Notes: generated from the sequence alone by a model not told the origin. Counted from the stretch's first letter, positions 8,603-20,650 are shown. The stretch is DNA of 32,000 nt from a cyanobacterium endosymbiont of Epithemia turgida isolate EtSB Lake Yunoko (GCF_000829235.1 NZ_AP012549.1:900001-932000); one strand, 5' to 3'. Translations and numbers: made by a program.

Positions 8603-10567
8603 AATTTTGCTCCTAATTACCCAAAAGTTGAGTAAATTATTTTTTTCTAGGGTTCTCTAATTGTGTTTGCCAAGGTTAAATTACCTTATTTATATAATTG
8701 GTGGTGACCATCTGCCGTCTTATCATAAAAATGATAAACAAGTTTATTTGTCATATATTAAGGATGACTTGCATAAGAAAATTTTTCAACATTTTATCGA
8801 TTTTATTAGGAAGATCAAAAAGAAATAATAAGAAAATTTATTTAGCTTATTTCATAATAATAGCTATTTTACATGAAATATCTATTTTTATTGTGGCTAA
8901 GATATTGATATTTTTTTATGTTAGATTTATAGAATGTATATTTTACTAGATTTAGTAAATTTAAGTAATACTAAACCTGTTGTACACAAAGGATCATATA
9001 AGCATAAGGTATGATTATTAATTAAAGGTTAAGTATAAATTATATATAGCATATAAATACTATTTTAGTATGTTTTATATTTAAGTTAAACTGTGTTAAA
9101 TTTAATATTTTAAATTAACTTATATTTCAAACAATAAATACCTAATTTAGTTAAATAAAATTATAAATCCATAAATATCTACTCTATTTAAACTTAATTC
9201 TTGAAAAACTAAAAGACTAAAAAAAATATATTTATAAAATAATTACGAGATATAAATTATAAAAAATGAGGCATAATTAATTACTATATAAGTTTATTTA
9301 AAAGTTAACTTATATTAAAAATAACCGTAAAATTCATAAAAAAATTAAGTCATAAAACAAGAAACATAAATAATGCTTAAAGATTTAATTTAGGATTAAT
9401 ATATGAAAAAAATATACATCCAAAGAGTTGATAATTAATGTAATTACTGTGATAAAAAAAATATTATGTATTATTAGTAAATACAAATCAAAAAGTAGTT
9501 AGAAACTCATATACAAATATTATCAATTAATGCCATAAATTTATGTATTAACATATATATTCTTTGTGAAGAAAATAAGTTATTGATTAAATAATTGGCA
9601 AAAATTATTAATATAAAAATTTAAAAACTTGAGGATACTAGTAAGAAACAAGAAGATTTTAAATTTAAAATCAAGGCTAATATATTTTTTATAAAAAAAA
9701 TTAAGCATGTTTATAAATAAAAAAATAAAAAGTCAAATCAAACCAGATATGTAAAAAATTAGTATTTTTTTCGACAATAACTTAATAATCAATAGAGATT
9801 TAAGATAATTTCTGATAATAACTTATACTAAGTATCAGAACTATCAAAATAGCTAATTAGCGTTAAAAAGCTGTAGTATTATTATGTGTTCTTATCTAAA
9901 AATTACTTATTCTATTTTTTTGCCAAGAAACAATTCAAGGACCAGTAGGAGGGATTTAAAATAAATCTAAGTTGATCAAAATAATAACTTATGGATTCAG
10001 AAATATAGTCAATTTTTAAGGGTTAAGTTTCTTTAATTGATATTTTTCTAGTTAATTTTATATTCTGAATTCAGAATATAAAATTTTTGCGACAGAAGAA
10101 TATCAGTTCAATAATTTAGCTATAATTTTGTTTGGAAAATTCAGTTAATATCTAAGTTAGATAGTGATCGAGTGAATATTATAACTTTTATTCAAAAAAT
10201 AAGAGAAAACGTGGTATTCTCTTCTAGTGATTTATTAAGGAATGAATTTCTGATTAAAACTCAACTGTACTTTTAATTATTTTTTAATATTTTTATAGAA
10301 AGATCATAAAACTTTTTATTTGTTTGACTATTTAGCAATTTAACTATATAAAAATTAGGTAGTTTGGGAAGACAGAGACAAACATACTAATTTAATTATT
10401 GAAAACAACTATTGAGTTAACAATTAAGACTGGATTTAAGTTATTGACAATAAGTAGCTACGGTTCTTTATTCCGAAAGAATAAAAATCAGGAATCAACT
10501 CTGACAATATCTAAAACAAGAAAATAAATTTATATTTAGGAATTACTATTTTTAATAGTACTTAATC
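8603..10567. other. Extremely AT-rich ORF-free tract (about 2 kb)
   Basis: The only ORF is an 83-aa Ile/Phe/Lys-rich artefact. Example count: 8 G/C in the 60 nt at 9181-9240. No GC islands. Contains a 32-bp perfect palindrome. Confidence 0.6.
10054..10085. repeat. 32-bp perfect palindrome
   Basis: AATTTTATATTCTGAATTCAGAATATAAAATT has 16-bp arms with no spacer and is centred on GAATTC. I verified it base by base. Confidence 0.9.
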
Positions 10568-11455
10568 TTAATCAAGCAAAGGCAACAATAAAGTTACAAA
10601 ATAATAGACTAAAGGAGCGGTAAAAACATAACTATCAGTGCGATCTAAAATCCCTCCGTGACCAGGAATTAATTGACCTGAATCTTTTACTCCTGCATCT
10701 CGTTTCATCATTGACTCAGTCAAGTCACCTAATAAGCTAACAATACCGATTAATATCCCTAGCAAAAGTCCAGTTAAATACCCATAGGGCCAAGTTAAAT
10801 ACCAAGCTCCTAATTCAGCAACAATAATACTCCCTAATAGGCCAAAAATTGCTCCTTCAACTGTTTTTTTAGGACTAATATCAGACAGGCGCGTTTTTCC
10901 TAACCATTTTCCCATAATATAAGCTCCAATATCTGCCGCCCAAATACAGCTAAAGGCAATAAAAGTCACCATCAACATAGGGGGAAATAAATTGGGTTCA
11001 GTCCATGATTTAGGCCAAAATCCCATCAATGAGAAATTATTACTAGTAATATTCACCGTGGGAACTGTATTGGCAAACCCGACCCGTAATCTTATCCAGT
11101 AACTAGGTAAATACCCCCCATAAAATAACCCTAAGATAGAGGTTGAAATATCAGCAATAGTGGCTAGTTTAGATTGGAATAATAAGTAAAAACAAATTAA
11201 AGCCCCTGTTAAAGGAAATAGGGCATCGGTGAGGGGAGGGGCTACAGCAGCAGTGATTAATAATACTTGAGACACTACTAAGGTGGTTTTAGCAGCAGGG
11301 ACAATACCTTTTGCCCGGACTAATTGAAAATATTCTAATTGTCCTAAGAAAACGATTAGACAAAGCCCTAGGGTGAAATACCACCCTCCAACGATGAGCA
11401 TAGTTAAGGCAAGGGTAATGGTAACAATAGTACTGATAATCCGAGTCCAAGGCAT
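10568..11455 (-). CDS. cdsA: Phosphatidate cytidylyltransferase (CDP-diglyceride synthase)
   Basis: 295 aa, multi-pass membrane protein. Signature SMMKRDAGVKDSGQLIPGHGGILDRTDS. Confidence 0.92.
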   Translation of the reverse strand: MPWTRIISTIVTITLALTMLIVGGWYFTLGLCLIVFLGQLEYFQLVRAKGIVPAAKTTLVVSQVLLITAAVAPPLTDALFPLTGALICFYLLFQSKLATIADISTSILGLFYGGYLPSYWIRLRVGFANTVPTVNITSNNFSLMGFWPKSWTEPNLFPPMLMVTFIAFSCIWAADIGAYIMGKWLGKTRLSDISPKKTVEGAIFGLLGSIIVAELGAWYLTWPYGYLTGLLLGILIGIVSLLGDLTESMMKRDAGVKDSGQLIPGHGGILDRTDSYVFTAPLVYYFVTLLLPLLD

Positions 11456-11631
11456 AAGTTAGAGTGACATTTAGGTGAAAAGATCAAGAAATTCTTATAA
11501 AGGAAAAACAAATGTCTATGAAAAATTAACGAGTTCTCTTATCTCTAATCGTATAAATCTTCTGAGGATGAAAGCAGCTTAACTTGAATTATAAAAAATG
11601 TTTTCACGTTACCAACTTCTTCACTTAGAGA

Positions 11632-12222
11632 TTAAAACTTTTCTCCACTCAGAATAAAACTAGGATCAACAGCAGCAAAAACCTGATGAAGTCCTCTAGT
11701 CTCTAGACGATTTACTCCTGATTGAACAACTTCTATGTTACGCGCTTGTAGTGAGGCTAACCCTTCGGCAATCAAATACAGGGTTTCTAGACTACTTGCG
11801 GTGGCTATTAACCTACCTTCAGGCTTTAAAAATTGCCAAGCTTCTGTCACGATATTTTTAATTGGCCGGCCCCCTTCGATACAAATGCGGTCAGGCAAGG
11901 GTTGCAATTGGTCGAAACATTCAGGTGCACTACTTTCAAAAATCGTGACATTTTTAACTCCAAAGCGATCACAATTATTGCGAATTAGTTTTACCACGTC
12001 TTCGTCTCGTTCGACAGCAATGATAGTACTTTCAGGGCATAGTAAACCAATTTCTACGGGAATCGTACCTGTTCCTGCACCTATGTCCCAAAGAATTGAG
12101 TTAGCATTAAATCGTAGAGCAGAAATTAACAATAGACGAACTTCTCGTTTACTTAGGGGAATTCCCGGAAAGCACTCGAAAAGATGATCCGGAATACCAG
12201 GAGTCTTGTGAGGCCAAAGCAT
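11632..12222 (-). CDS. cbiT: Precorrin-6Y C5,15-methyltransferase (decarboxylating), CbiT subunit
   Basis: GIPDHLF..PLSKREVR and the SAM motif ILWDIGAGTGTIPVEIG. The ORF is open to 12306, but the conserved sequence begins at Met 12220-12222 (MLWPHKTPGIPD). The upstream 28 codons look like a non-conserved extension. Confidence 0.8.
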   Translation of the reverse strand: MLWPHKTPGIPDHLFECFPGIPLSKREVRLLLISALRFNANSILWDIGAGTGTIPVEIGLLCPESTIIAVERDEDVVKLIRNNCDRFGVKNVTIFESSAPECFDQLQPLPDRICIEGGRPIKNIVTEAWQFLKPEGRLIATASSLETLYLIAEGLASLQARNIEVVQSGVNRLETRGLHQVFAAVDPSFILSGEKF

Positions 12223-12317
12223 AAGATAGCAATATAATTGGACAATGATAACTAGGTCTATTATCGGAGACAATGGGCAATTAGAAACACTAAAATAGTG
12301 TCTCATTTTTTAAGCTT

Positions 12318-13418
12318 TTAGTTTAACCAATGACCAAATTCTTCTATGAACCGATCGCCTAAAATAGCTTCTCGAATGCGTTGAGTAAATCTCACTAATT
12401 CCGTAATGTTGTGTAGGGATAGAAGGGTATATCCTAACATTTCCTGCGATCGCACTAAATGATTTAAATATGCCCGGCTAAAAGTCTGACAGGTATAACA
12501 AGGACAATCAGCATCAAGGGGACCAAAATCCTCGCGAAACTGGAAATTTTTTAGATTCCAACGTTCTCCTCTCACTAATGCAGTTCCGTGGCGGCCAAAA
12601 CGAGTAGGAATGACACAGTCAAATAAATCAATCCCGGACGCGATTGTTATAGCCATCTCCCGATAAGTCCCTACTCCCATTAGATAACGAGGTTTAGTTG
12701 CTGGAAGCAAGGGTGCGGTAATTTGCACAATTTCTCGAATTAAAGCTGGTTCTTCCCCTACACTAACTCCTCCAATAGCATATCCTGGTAAATCGAAGTC
12801 TATCAAAGACTTAGCTGCTGATATCCTTAATTCTGGATAAATTCCCCCTTGAACAATGCCAAACAAAGCTTGATCCTGGGGACGTTGGTGAGCATCAATA
12901 CACCGTTCTAACCAACGATAGGTACGTTCAGTGGCTGCTGCGACCGTTGAATAATCTGCTTTACCTGGAGGACATTCATCAAAAGCCATAATCACATCAG
13001 CTCCCAAAGTATTTTGAATATGTATTGAACGTTCGGGAGTTAATTCAATAATTTTTCCATCCCTAGGAGAACGGAAAGTTACGCCAATTTCTCGAATATG
13101 GCGTAACTCACTGAGACTAAACACTTGAAATCCACCAGAATCAGTTAGAATTGGACCTTTCCATCCCATAAACTGATGTATTCCCCCTGCTTTTTCGATC
13201 AGGGTTTCTCCGGGTTGCAAATGTAGATGATAAGTATTGGCTAAAACCATCTGTGCTCCCGTAGTTTGCAGTTGAGCGGGGGTTAGCCCTTTCACTGTTG
13301 CTAGGGTTCCCACAGGCATAAATCGAGGAGTTTCTACCGGTCCATGAGGGGTGTGCCAAACTCCGACTCTAGCGAGAGTTTGACAACATTTTTTTTGAGT
13401 TTGAAAAGAAAATCTCAA
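12318..13418 (-). CDS. tgt: Queuine tRNA-ribosyltransferase
   Basis: Motifs [34 protein letters not shown] and the zinc site CPCYTC...H. The ORF has no ATG upstream of the conserved region. The start is assigned to TTG 13416-13418 ([10 protein letters not shown]...). The track ORF runs to another TTG at 13556. Contains a perfect HIP1 at 12446-12453. Confidence 0.9.
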   Translation of the reverse strand: MRFSFQTQKKCCQTLARVGVWHTPHGPVETPRFMPVGTLATVKGLTPAQLQTTGAQMVLANTYHLHLQPGETLIEKAGGIHQFMGWKGPILTDSGGFQVFSLSELRHIREIGVTFRSPRDGKIIELTPERSIHIQNTLGADVIMAFDECPPGKADYSTVAAATERTYRWLERCIDAHQRPQDQALFGIVQGGIYPELRISAAKSLIDFDLPGYAIGGVSVGEEPALIREIVQITAPLLPATKPRYLMGVGTYREMAITIASGIDLFDCVIPTRFGRHGTALVRGERWNLKNFQFREDFGPLDADCPCYTCQTFSRAYLNHLVRSQEMLGYTLLSLHNITELVRFTQRIREAILGDRFIEEFGHWLN

Positions 13419-13581
13419 AGTTACTATAAAATATAAAGTTAACAGAATCACTCCATTGTAACTAAGTAGTTGACATTGATATAGAAATCCAAATAGTTTT
13501 CGAGCAAAAAGTTTAATCACGAGTTTCCTTATTAAACTTTTTAAGAACTCAATCAAAAAAAATTGTCCTCAAGCAAAAAGA

Positions 13582-15330
13582 GTAGAAAATAGATGTGGTA
13601 CGCAAAGTGCAAACCCAGATACTATTGTTGTCATTATTACCATCGAGAATTCCTTAAATTTTAGAGATAAGCTAGGATATTTTTGTCTAAGGGCGATATT
13701 GAGTTTCTACAATATATTAGAGTATCTTAATATTGATGCTACAACCATTCCCTAAGTTATCTAAACCCTATGCTTTAGCCAGGGCATAAGCTCCTTAAGA
13801 AAAGAAAATATCAATCTGTCAGTCTTCTGATAGTAGGCGAACCCAGGAAAAGAGCTCTGATGATTAGCTAAGATAAAAATAGGGATAAGCAAAAGTAAAA
13901 TAGAGAAAAGACTATGAGTTCGGTAAACTTTATTATTTTATTTCTTAAAATGAGCAATTTTTTTTGTATTTAAATGATAAAATTTCTGCTCCTATTTTCG
14001 TTTCTAAAAAAATTTTTAGGTCACGAGTCAATTTTTATGGTTCTTGCTCTTCTAATTGAGTTAGCTATTTTTTAAAGTAGGCTGATATCCAATTACTTAG
14101 ACATAAATAAACAGTACTGCGTTAATGTGTATTTTAGGATTAAAAGTGAGCATTATAAATAAATATAAAAATGAATATATTAACAGAGTGAGCTATAAGA
14201 ACTCGAACTAACTCATATCATCTTCTTCTCATTTAAGAGTTTTGCTAAGGTCCAAGTAAGAAAGGACTTTATTTGAGTCAAGTTAAGCTTAAAGAATTTT
14301 AAAAAAAATCAAAGATAGAGCTAGGACAATACAATTGCTAGCAATAAGTAGGAAGATGGAGAAAATATAATTTATTTAAAATGGACTTATTTGACAATTC
14401 GCACAACAATTTATTAATGGAATAAAAACAGTCCTACAGGAAGTACGAGATACTTCGTAAAATCGTAAAAAAATATGTTTAAAATATCTAGATTAATTAG
14501 ACTTTTGTCTGTAATAAACAGTCATTTTTTTAATTTAAAATAAAGGAATATAAAATAATTTAACAGACTTAGAAAAAATATGTAGCCTATATCAACTGAT
14601 ACAAGTATTCTACTTTAAATTAGTTTTAAAGAGTTTAACAAGTAAAATATTATAATGAGTTTTTTGAATTAAAAATAAATAGTAAATAATTAAAAATTAT
14701 ACTATTCCTTTCCTTACTTAGGATGCAAAAATAATAATTTCAAAAACACAATTTAATTTTTAATATACAAATTTTTAATAATCAAATTTTAATATATAGA
14801 TACCATTCATTATGGTAGATTATCTTTTATCAAAAAACTATGCTATATTCATTTAATTTTAACTTATTAGTTGAACGAACAAAATCTTATCTTAGACAAG
14901 AGTGAAGTGGTTTTCTTCATCTTTATTGAAGTTAAACTTTTTAAAAACTTCATCACAATAATAAATTAAATATTAGAGATATACTTATGGTATAGATCGT
15001 CGTCAAATGAGATATGATTAATTTGTTAAAAAATCCACATAAAAGAAAGCTAAACCTTTATCTAACTAAGTTAAAAATTAGTGTCGAATTTAGGCTAGCT
15101 GATGTATCTATCAGTTCCGAACTTTGTTTAAGCTTCTATAGTTTTGTTTGTTTATGTTCGACTACTTAGCGGTTGCTCTTTCTTTAATTATTTGTCTATT
15201 TTGGAACTCACTGATCTAGTAGTTTATTCCAATGTCCTAAGCCTAAAAAAAGATTTTTCTGAACAAACATTAGTCAGAAAAAACCCTTTCTTAATTCGTA
15301 GATAATAGTCACTAAACTAGGGAAATAGTT
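13582..15330 (-). pseudogene. Decayed tandem paralogue of the adjacent SLH/OprB porin
   Basis: The minus-strand translation of 13590-13700 reads VETQYRP*TKIS*LISKI*GILDGNNDNNSIWVCTLRTT. The intact porin C-terminus reads IEAQYQYPITKNILLTPGFYVVLQPEGNNDNNSIWVGALRTTFKF. Nucleotide similarity continues around 13780-13850 (intact about 15600-15670). It reappears at 15000-15135, colinear with the SLH-domain codons of the intact gene (16770-16880). There are many stops and indels. The upper boundary is approximate. Confidence 0.7.
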
Positions 15331-15374
15331 AAAATCTGAGATAAATTAGATTAACTAAATCGGATTAACTGAGT

Positions 15375-17123
15375 TTAGAATTTAAAGGTGGTTCGTAAAG
15401 CCCCAACCCAAATACTGTTATTGTCATTATTGCCCTCAGGTTGAAGAACAACATAAAAACCAGGAGTTAGCAAAATATTTTTGGTGATGGGGTATTGATA
15501 CTGAGCTTCAATGATGTAAGGAATATTCTGGTCAGGAACTTGCAAATCTCCAGTAATGGCATCAACCCGTTGGGTATGGGTAAGAGCACCGCCGGCAAGG
15601 GAAAGAATAGCTCCTTCCTTAAAGACGTCAACGACGTTAAGGGCTGCCATCCAGGACCACAAGTCAGCACCAAAACCGCGACGACTGTTTTCATCTTCGT
15701 CAACCCCTTGGGCACGCCCTAATCCATAGCCTACCCAACCGGTTAGGTTAAACATATGATTGATACGCCAGTTACCGTTAGCTCCGTAAGCATCAAGAAT
15801 CGTCGGGGTTTTTAAGAAAGGATCACTAGCTAGTCCGCTACCGGTGCTAGAAGTCAAGTTGACATGATCCTCTTTGTAGTAAGTGTGTAGGTAGTGAAAG
15901 TTCAAGGCAAGATTGTCAGTTGGATAAAATCCAAGTTGACCCCCTGCGCTGAAGTTACCATTAAATAAACCGCTTCCTAGTTCAGGATTAGCACCGTCAT
16001 TACTAGGGGTCAAATAAAGCCCACGAAGGGTGAACATATCATTTAATTCATAGGCAAAACCGGCACCAATACCTTCTTCACCCCGCATAGTTATAGGATC
16101 ACGACGGACAAATCTTGACAATGCCCCAGTTCCTGAACTTTTTAGGAATGGGTTTCCTTCATCAAAAATATCATCTATATCTAGAGAGTTACCTCCAACA
16201 TAACCAGTGAAGTTACCGATGGGAAAACGGTAGTACAAGTTTTCAATGTTAAGGTCAGCATCGCTGTTAACATCGTGTCCTAACCGTGCCATATTAGTCC
16301 CTGTGGCACGACTTAAGTTAAAGATAGTTCCTGCTTCAAGACGAGTAATTAGTCTATCCTTTCCGTTAAAACTAGCATCTAAGTTAAGACGAGTCCGATG
16401 ACCAAAGGTCACGTTATCGTCAATACGTCGCCGTGCGTCTGTAAATCTACCGTTTTGCAAGTCTTGGTTAAACTCGTCTCGCTCACGAGCGTCTAAAGCT
16501 CGTTCCCCTGATGCAGAGGAGATAGTAAACAGTACTTCCCCTTTTAACTTGGTGGTAGTGGAAAACTGATGATTTTCGAGGAACGCTATCCTATGTTCGA
16601 GGTTATAAACTCGTGCGCCTAAGGCGATTAATTCTTGTTCAAATTCTCGGGTTAATCGCTCTAGTTTTTCAATGTCTTCTCGTAAAACAGCAACGTTTTC
16701 TTGTAAGAGTCGTTCAATGGTATTCAAACAAGCATTTAAGCCAGCTGCAAATTCCCAACGACTGGCAGCCCGGTCGCCTCGGAAATTTCGATCAGGATAA
16801 CCGACAATACAACCATAGCGTTCAACTAAACTTGATAAAGCTTCATAAGTCCAGTCAGTAGGGGATATATCCCGTAATTCCGAAACGTTGGTGACTTGGA
16901 AAGTAGAAGTAACAGATTTACGCTTAAAAAGACTACGATTAACGTAATTTTCTAATTGGGGACGATTCCGTAGAATCTCTAAAGCTTCTGTCGAGTTTAT
17001 CATATTGGGGTTAGCTGTTTCTATCTCCGTTTCTGGAGATGCGACCACCCCTTGAGCAACTGAACATAGAATTCCCAAGACCCCTGGGGTTGCTTTGAGC
17101 ATTTGACTAAAGAATCGTGACAT
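15375..17123 (-). CDS. Outer-membrane porin with N-terminal SLH domain (OprB/carbohydrate-selective porin family)
   Basis: 582 aa. Signal peptide, SLH domain (SPTDWTYEALSSLVERYGCIVGYPDRNFRGDRAASRWEFAAGLNACL), a coiled-coil linker, and a Gly/aromatic-rich beta-barrel ending in the C-terminal Phe (LRTTFKF). Confidence 0.9.
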   Translation of the reverse strand: MSRFFSQMLKATPGVLGILCSVAQGVVASPETEIETANPNMINSTEALEILRNRPQLENYVNRSLFKRKSVTSTFQVTNVSELRDISPTDWTYEALSSLVERYGCIVGYPDRNFRGDRAASRWEFAAGLNACLNTIERLLQENVAVLREDIEKLERLTREFEQELIALGARVYNLEHRIAFLENHQFSTTTKLKGEVLFTISSASGERALDARERDEFNQDLQNGRFTDARRRIDDNVTFGHRTRLNLDASFNGKDRLITRLEAGTIFNLSRATGTNMARLGHDVNSDADLNIENLYYRFPIGNFTGYVGGNSLDIDDIFDEGNPFLKSSGTGALSRFVRRDPITMRGEEGIGAGFAYELNDMFTLRGLYLTPSNDGANPELGSGLFNGNFSAGGQLGFYPTDNLALNFHYLHTYYKEDHVNLTSSTGSGLASDPFLKTPTILDAYGANGNWRINHMFNLTGWVGYGLGRAQGVDEDENSRRGFGADLWSWMAALNVVDVFKEGAILSLAGGALTHTQRVDAITGDLQVPDQNIPYIIEAQYQYPITKNILLTPGFYVVLQPEGNNDNNSIWVGALRTTFKF

Positions 17124-17413
17124 TGGGAATAGTCCTCACACCTGAAATAATAAGTATCAAAACTACTGAGTTTATACAGTGTTCTTTGATACTCAGTTGA
17201 TTTTGTTGATCTTATTTTCAAATTCTAATCTAACAGACAAATTATACAAGATAGATCAAAGTCTGGACGAAAATAAGCTAAGGTTTCCTAAAAGTCTTGT
17301 AAAAGAACTGGACTAAAAGTTTGGGATATTTTTATATTTAAGAAAATGTCAAGGGGTTATAGCCAAAGATACACTTATTAACTTGATTATGAGAATACTT
17401 TAACAAATTCTGT

Positions 17414-18157
17414 TTAACCTCGATATCCAGTAACTATATAAGAAACTCGTTGAGCAATATTGGTAGAATGATCTGCCATTCTTTCTAGGTGACAAATGAC
17501 TAAAGCTAATAAAAGAAACGGTTCAATGACTCCCTGAATATCTCGTTGACAAGCTAAAGTTTGATAAAGTTTTTCATAGGTGTCATCTACCGTATCGTCA
17601 AGTCGTTTAACCTGTTTTCCGGCGTTGCCATCAAGTTCCACTAAAGCAACCAAACTTGTCCCTAGCATCATTTGGGCATGATAGGACATAGTGGCAGCTT
17701 CCTCCATAATAGGATGGGGGGGATAAGAAAGCAATTTTACGGCTATTTTTGCTAAATCTTTGGCATAATCCCCAATTCTTTCTAAATCTCTGACTAATTG
17801 CATGAAGGCGCTTACAAGACGTAAGTCTTGAGCCACAGGGGCTTGTAGTGTCATTAGGCTAGCGCAATCAAGTTCTATCTGTCGGTAGTAGCGATCAACT
17901 TGTCGATCAATTTTAATAATTTTGCCAACTGCGTCTAGATTCTGATTAAATAGGGCTTGATGACTAAGACGACAGGATTCTTCTACTAAAGTTCCCATTC
18001 GTAATATTTCTTGTTTTAGTCGTTTGAGACATCGTTCGAAGTGAGTACGTTTAGGGTGATTATTATAATACGATAGGTTCACAGGACTTCTTGCAGAAGA
18101 AAGACAAAAGGTATTTGAACAAAAGTTAAAAAGGAGATCTAACGACACCTTGCCCAT
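17414..18157 (-). CDS. phoU: Phosphate transport system regulator PhoU
   Basis: Two PhoU repeats with LVRDLERIGDYAKDLA and ICHLERMADHSTNIA. The N-terminus is about 25 aa longer than typical, so the true start is uncertain. Confidence 0.88.
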   Translation of the reverse strand: MGKVSLDLLFNFCSNTFCLSSARSPVNLSYYNNHPKRTHFERCLKRLKQEILRMGTLVEESCRLSHQALFNQNLDAVGKIIKIDRQVDRYYRQIELDCASLMTLQAPVAQDLRLVSAFMQLVRDLERIGDYAKDLAKIAVKLLSYPPHPIMEEAATMSYHAQMMLGTSLVALVELDGNAGKQVKRLDDTVDDTYEKLYQTLACQRDIQGVIEPFLLLALVICHLERMADHSTNIAQRVSYIVTGYRG

Positions 18158-18429
18158 GGTGCGTCATCCTTAGACTATACACCAACTTGTTATCTATCAA
18201 TAGTCATAACAAAAAAATCGATAATTTGGTATTAGTAGGTTTCGATGTTTATCCTAACTATATTTTTAGGAAAAATAATTAATTACTTCAATCTTATGAA
18301 TAATCGTACTTAATTTTGTAATCAAAAGTTGTTATGGATCTATATTTCAACTTAATCCGCCAACTTGGGTTAAACATGTAAATTCTATTGAAAAAACCTA
18401 AATTAGCCTCTAGGTTTCTGTAACGTTCC

Positions 18430-19310
18430 ATGAACATCTTGACTAATCTTTCCAAACTCCGAAACAATAACCAGAAGGAACTTCCCTCCTTGAAAATAAG
18501 CAATCAAAGAATAGAAACTAAATCTCTCCAAGAAATTGCTATTATGCGCAAATCATCTCAAATTGTAGCCACGGTCCTCAAAGAAATCGAGATGATTGTA
18601 GAACCAGCAATGACAACAGAGGACTTAGATAGATATGCTGAACGCAGAATTAGAGAAATGGGAGCAACCCCTAGTTTTAAAGGATATCATGGTTTTCCTG
18701 CTTCTATCTGTGCTTCCATTAACCAGGAAGTTGTTCATGGCATTCCTAGCCCTATAAACGGAAGGTTCGTGTTGGAGATGTACTTAAAGTAGATATAGGA
18801 GCCTATTTTCAAGGTTATCATGGGGATTCTTGTATCACTATTGCCGTAGGAAAAGTTTCGCCGACAACTTCCCTTCTAATTATTGGAGCCCAGGAAGCAT
18901 TGTATGCCGGAATTGAGTAGGTAAAAGCGGGAAATTATTTATTAGCTATTGCCGAAGCGATCGAAGATAAGGTCAAAGAGTATGGTTATAGCGTTGTAGA
19001 AGATTATACCGGTCATGGTATAGGGCGTAATCTCCATGAAGATCCCTATATTTTTCATTATCGCACTAAGGAGTTGCCCAACGTTAAATTACGGGCAGGA
19101 ATGACCTTAGCCATAGAACCGATTGTCAATAAAGGGTCAAAATATACGAGAAAACTTCGTGACCGCTGGACTGTGGTAAGAGTGGATAATTCTCTGTCTG
19201 CACAATTTGAACACACGGTATTAGTCACACAAACGGGATATAAAATTTTTACAGATCGTACTGCTCTGCTATTTAGCGTTCGGCATTCAGTAGGAATCAA
19301 CAACCGTTGA
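18430..19310 (+). pseudogene. map: Methionine aminopeptidase (type I), inactivated by a frameshift and a nonsense codon
   Basis: Frame 1 (18430-18765) encodes ...[34 protein letters not shown]. Homology then continues in the +1 frame from 18765 ([29 protein letters not shown]...). That frame is interrupted by an in-frame TAG at 18918-18920 ([11 protein letters not shown]). It then runs on to the stop at 19308-19310 ([26 protein letters not shown]). All metal-ligand motifs are still readable. Confidence 0.9.
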
Positions 19311-19313
19311 CCT

Positions 19314-20650
<1,337 letters not shown>

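Noticed and set aside
8698-8949. 83-aa ORF in the AT-rich tract
   Set aside because: It has a non-ATG start and Ile/Phe/Lys/Asn-dominated low-complexity composition typical of random AT-rich sequence. It has no recognisable motif and no ribosome-binding context.
18300-18370. Pho-box-like repeats (CTTAATTT / CTTAATCC) upstream of phoU
   Set aside because: Only single octamers resemble the PyTTAAPyPy(T/A) unit. The neighbouring units expected at 11-bp spacing do not match.
18294-18503. 69-aa minus-strand ORF in the phoU-map divergent region
   Set aside because: It overlaps the map 5' end in antisense and has AT-rich junk composition.
18760-18770. Programmed +1/-1 ribosomal frameshift in map
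   Set aside because: There is no slippery heptamer or stimulatory structure at the shift. The gene also carries an independent in-frame TAG 150 nt downstream. Pseudogenisation is the simpler explanation.
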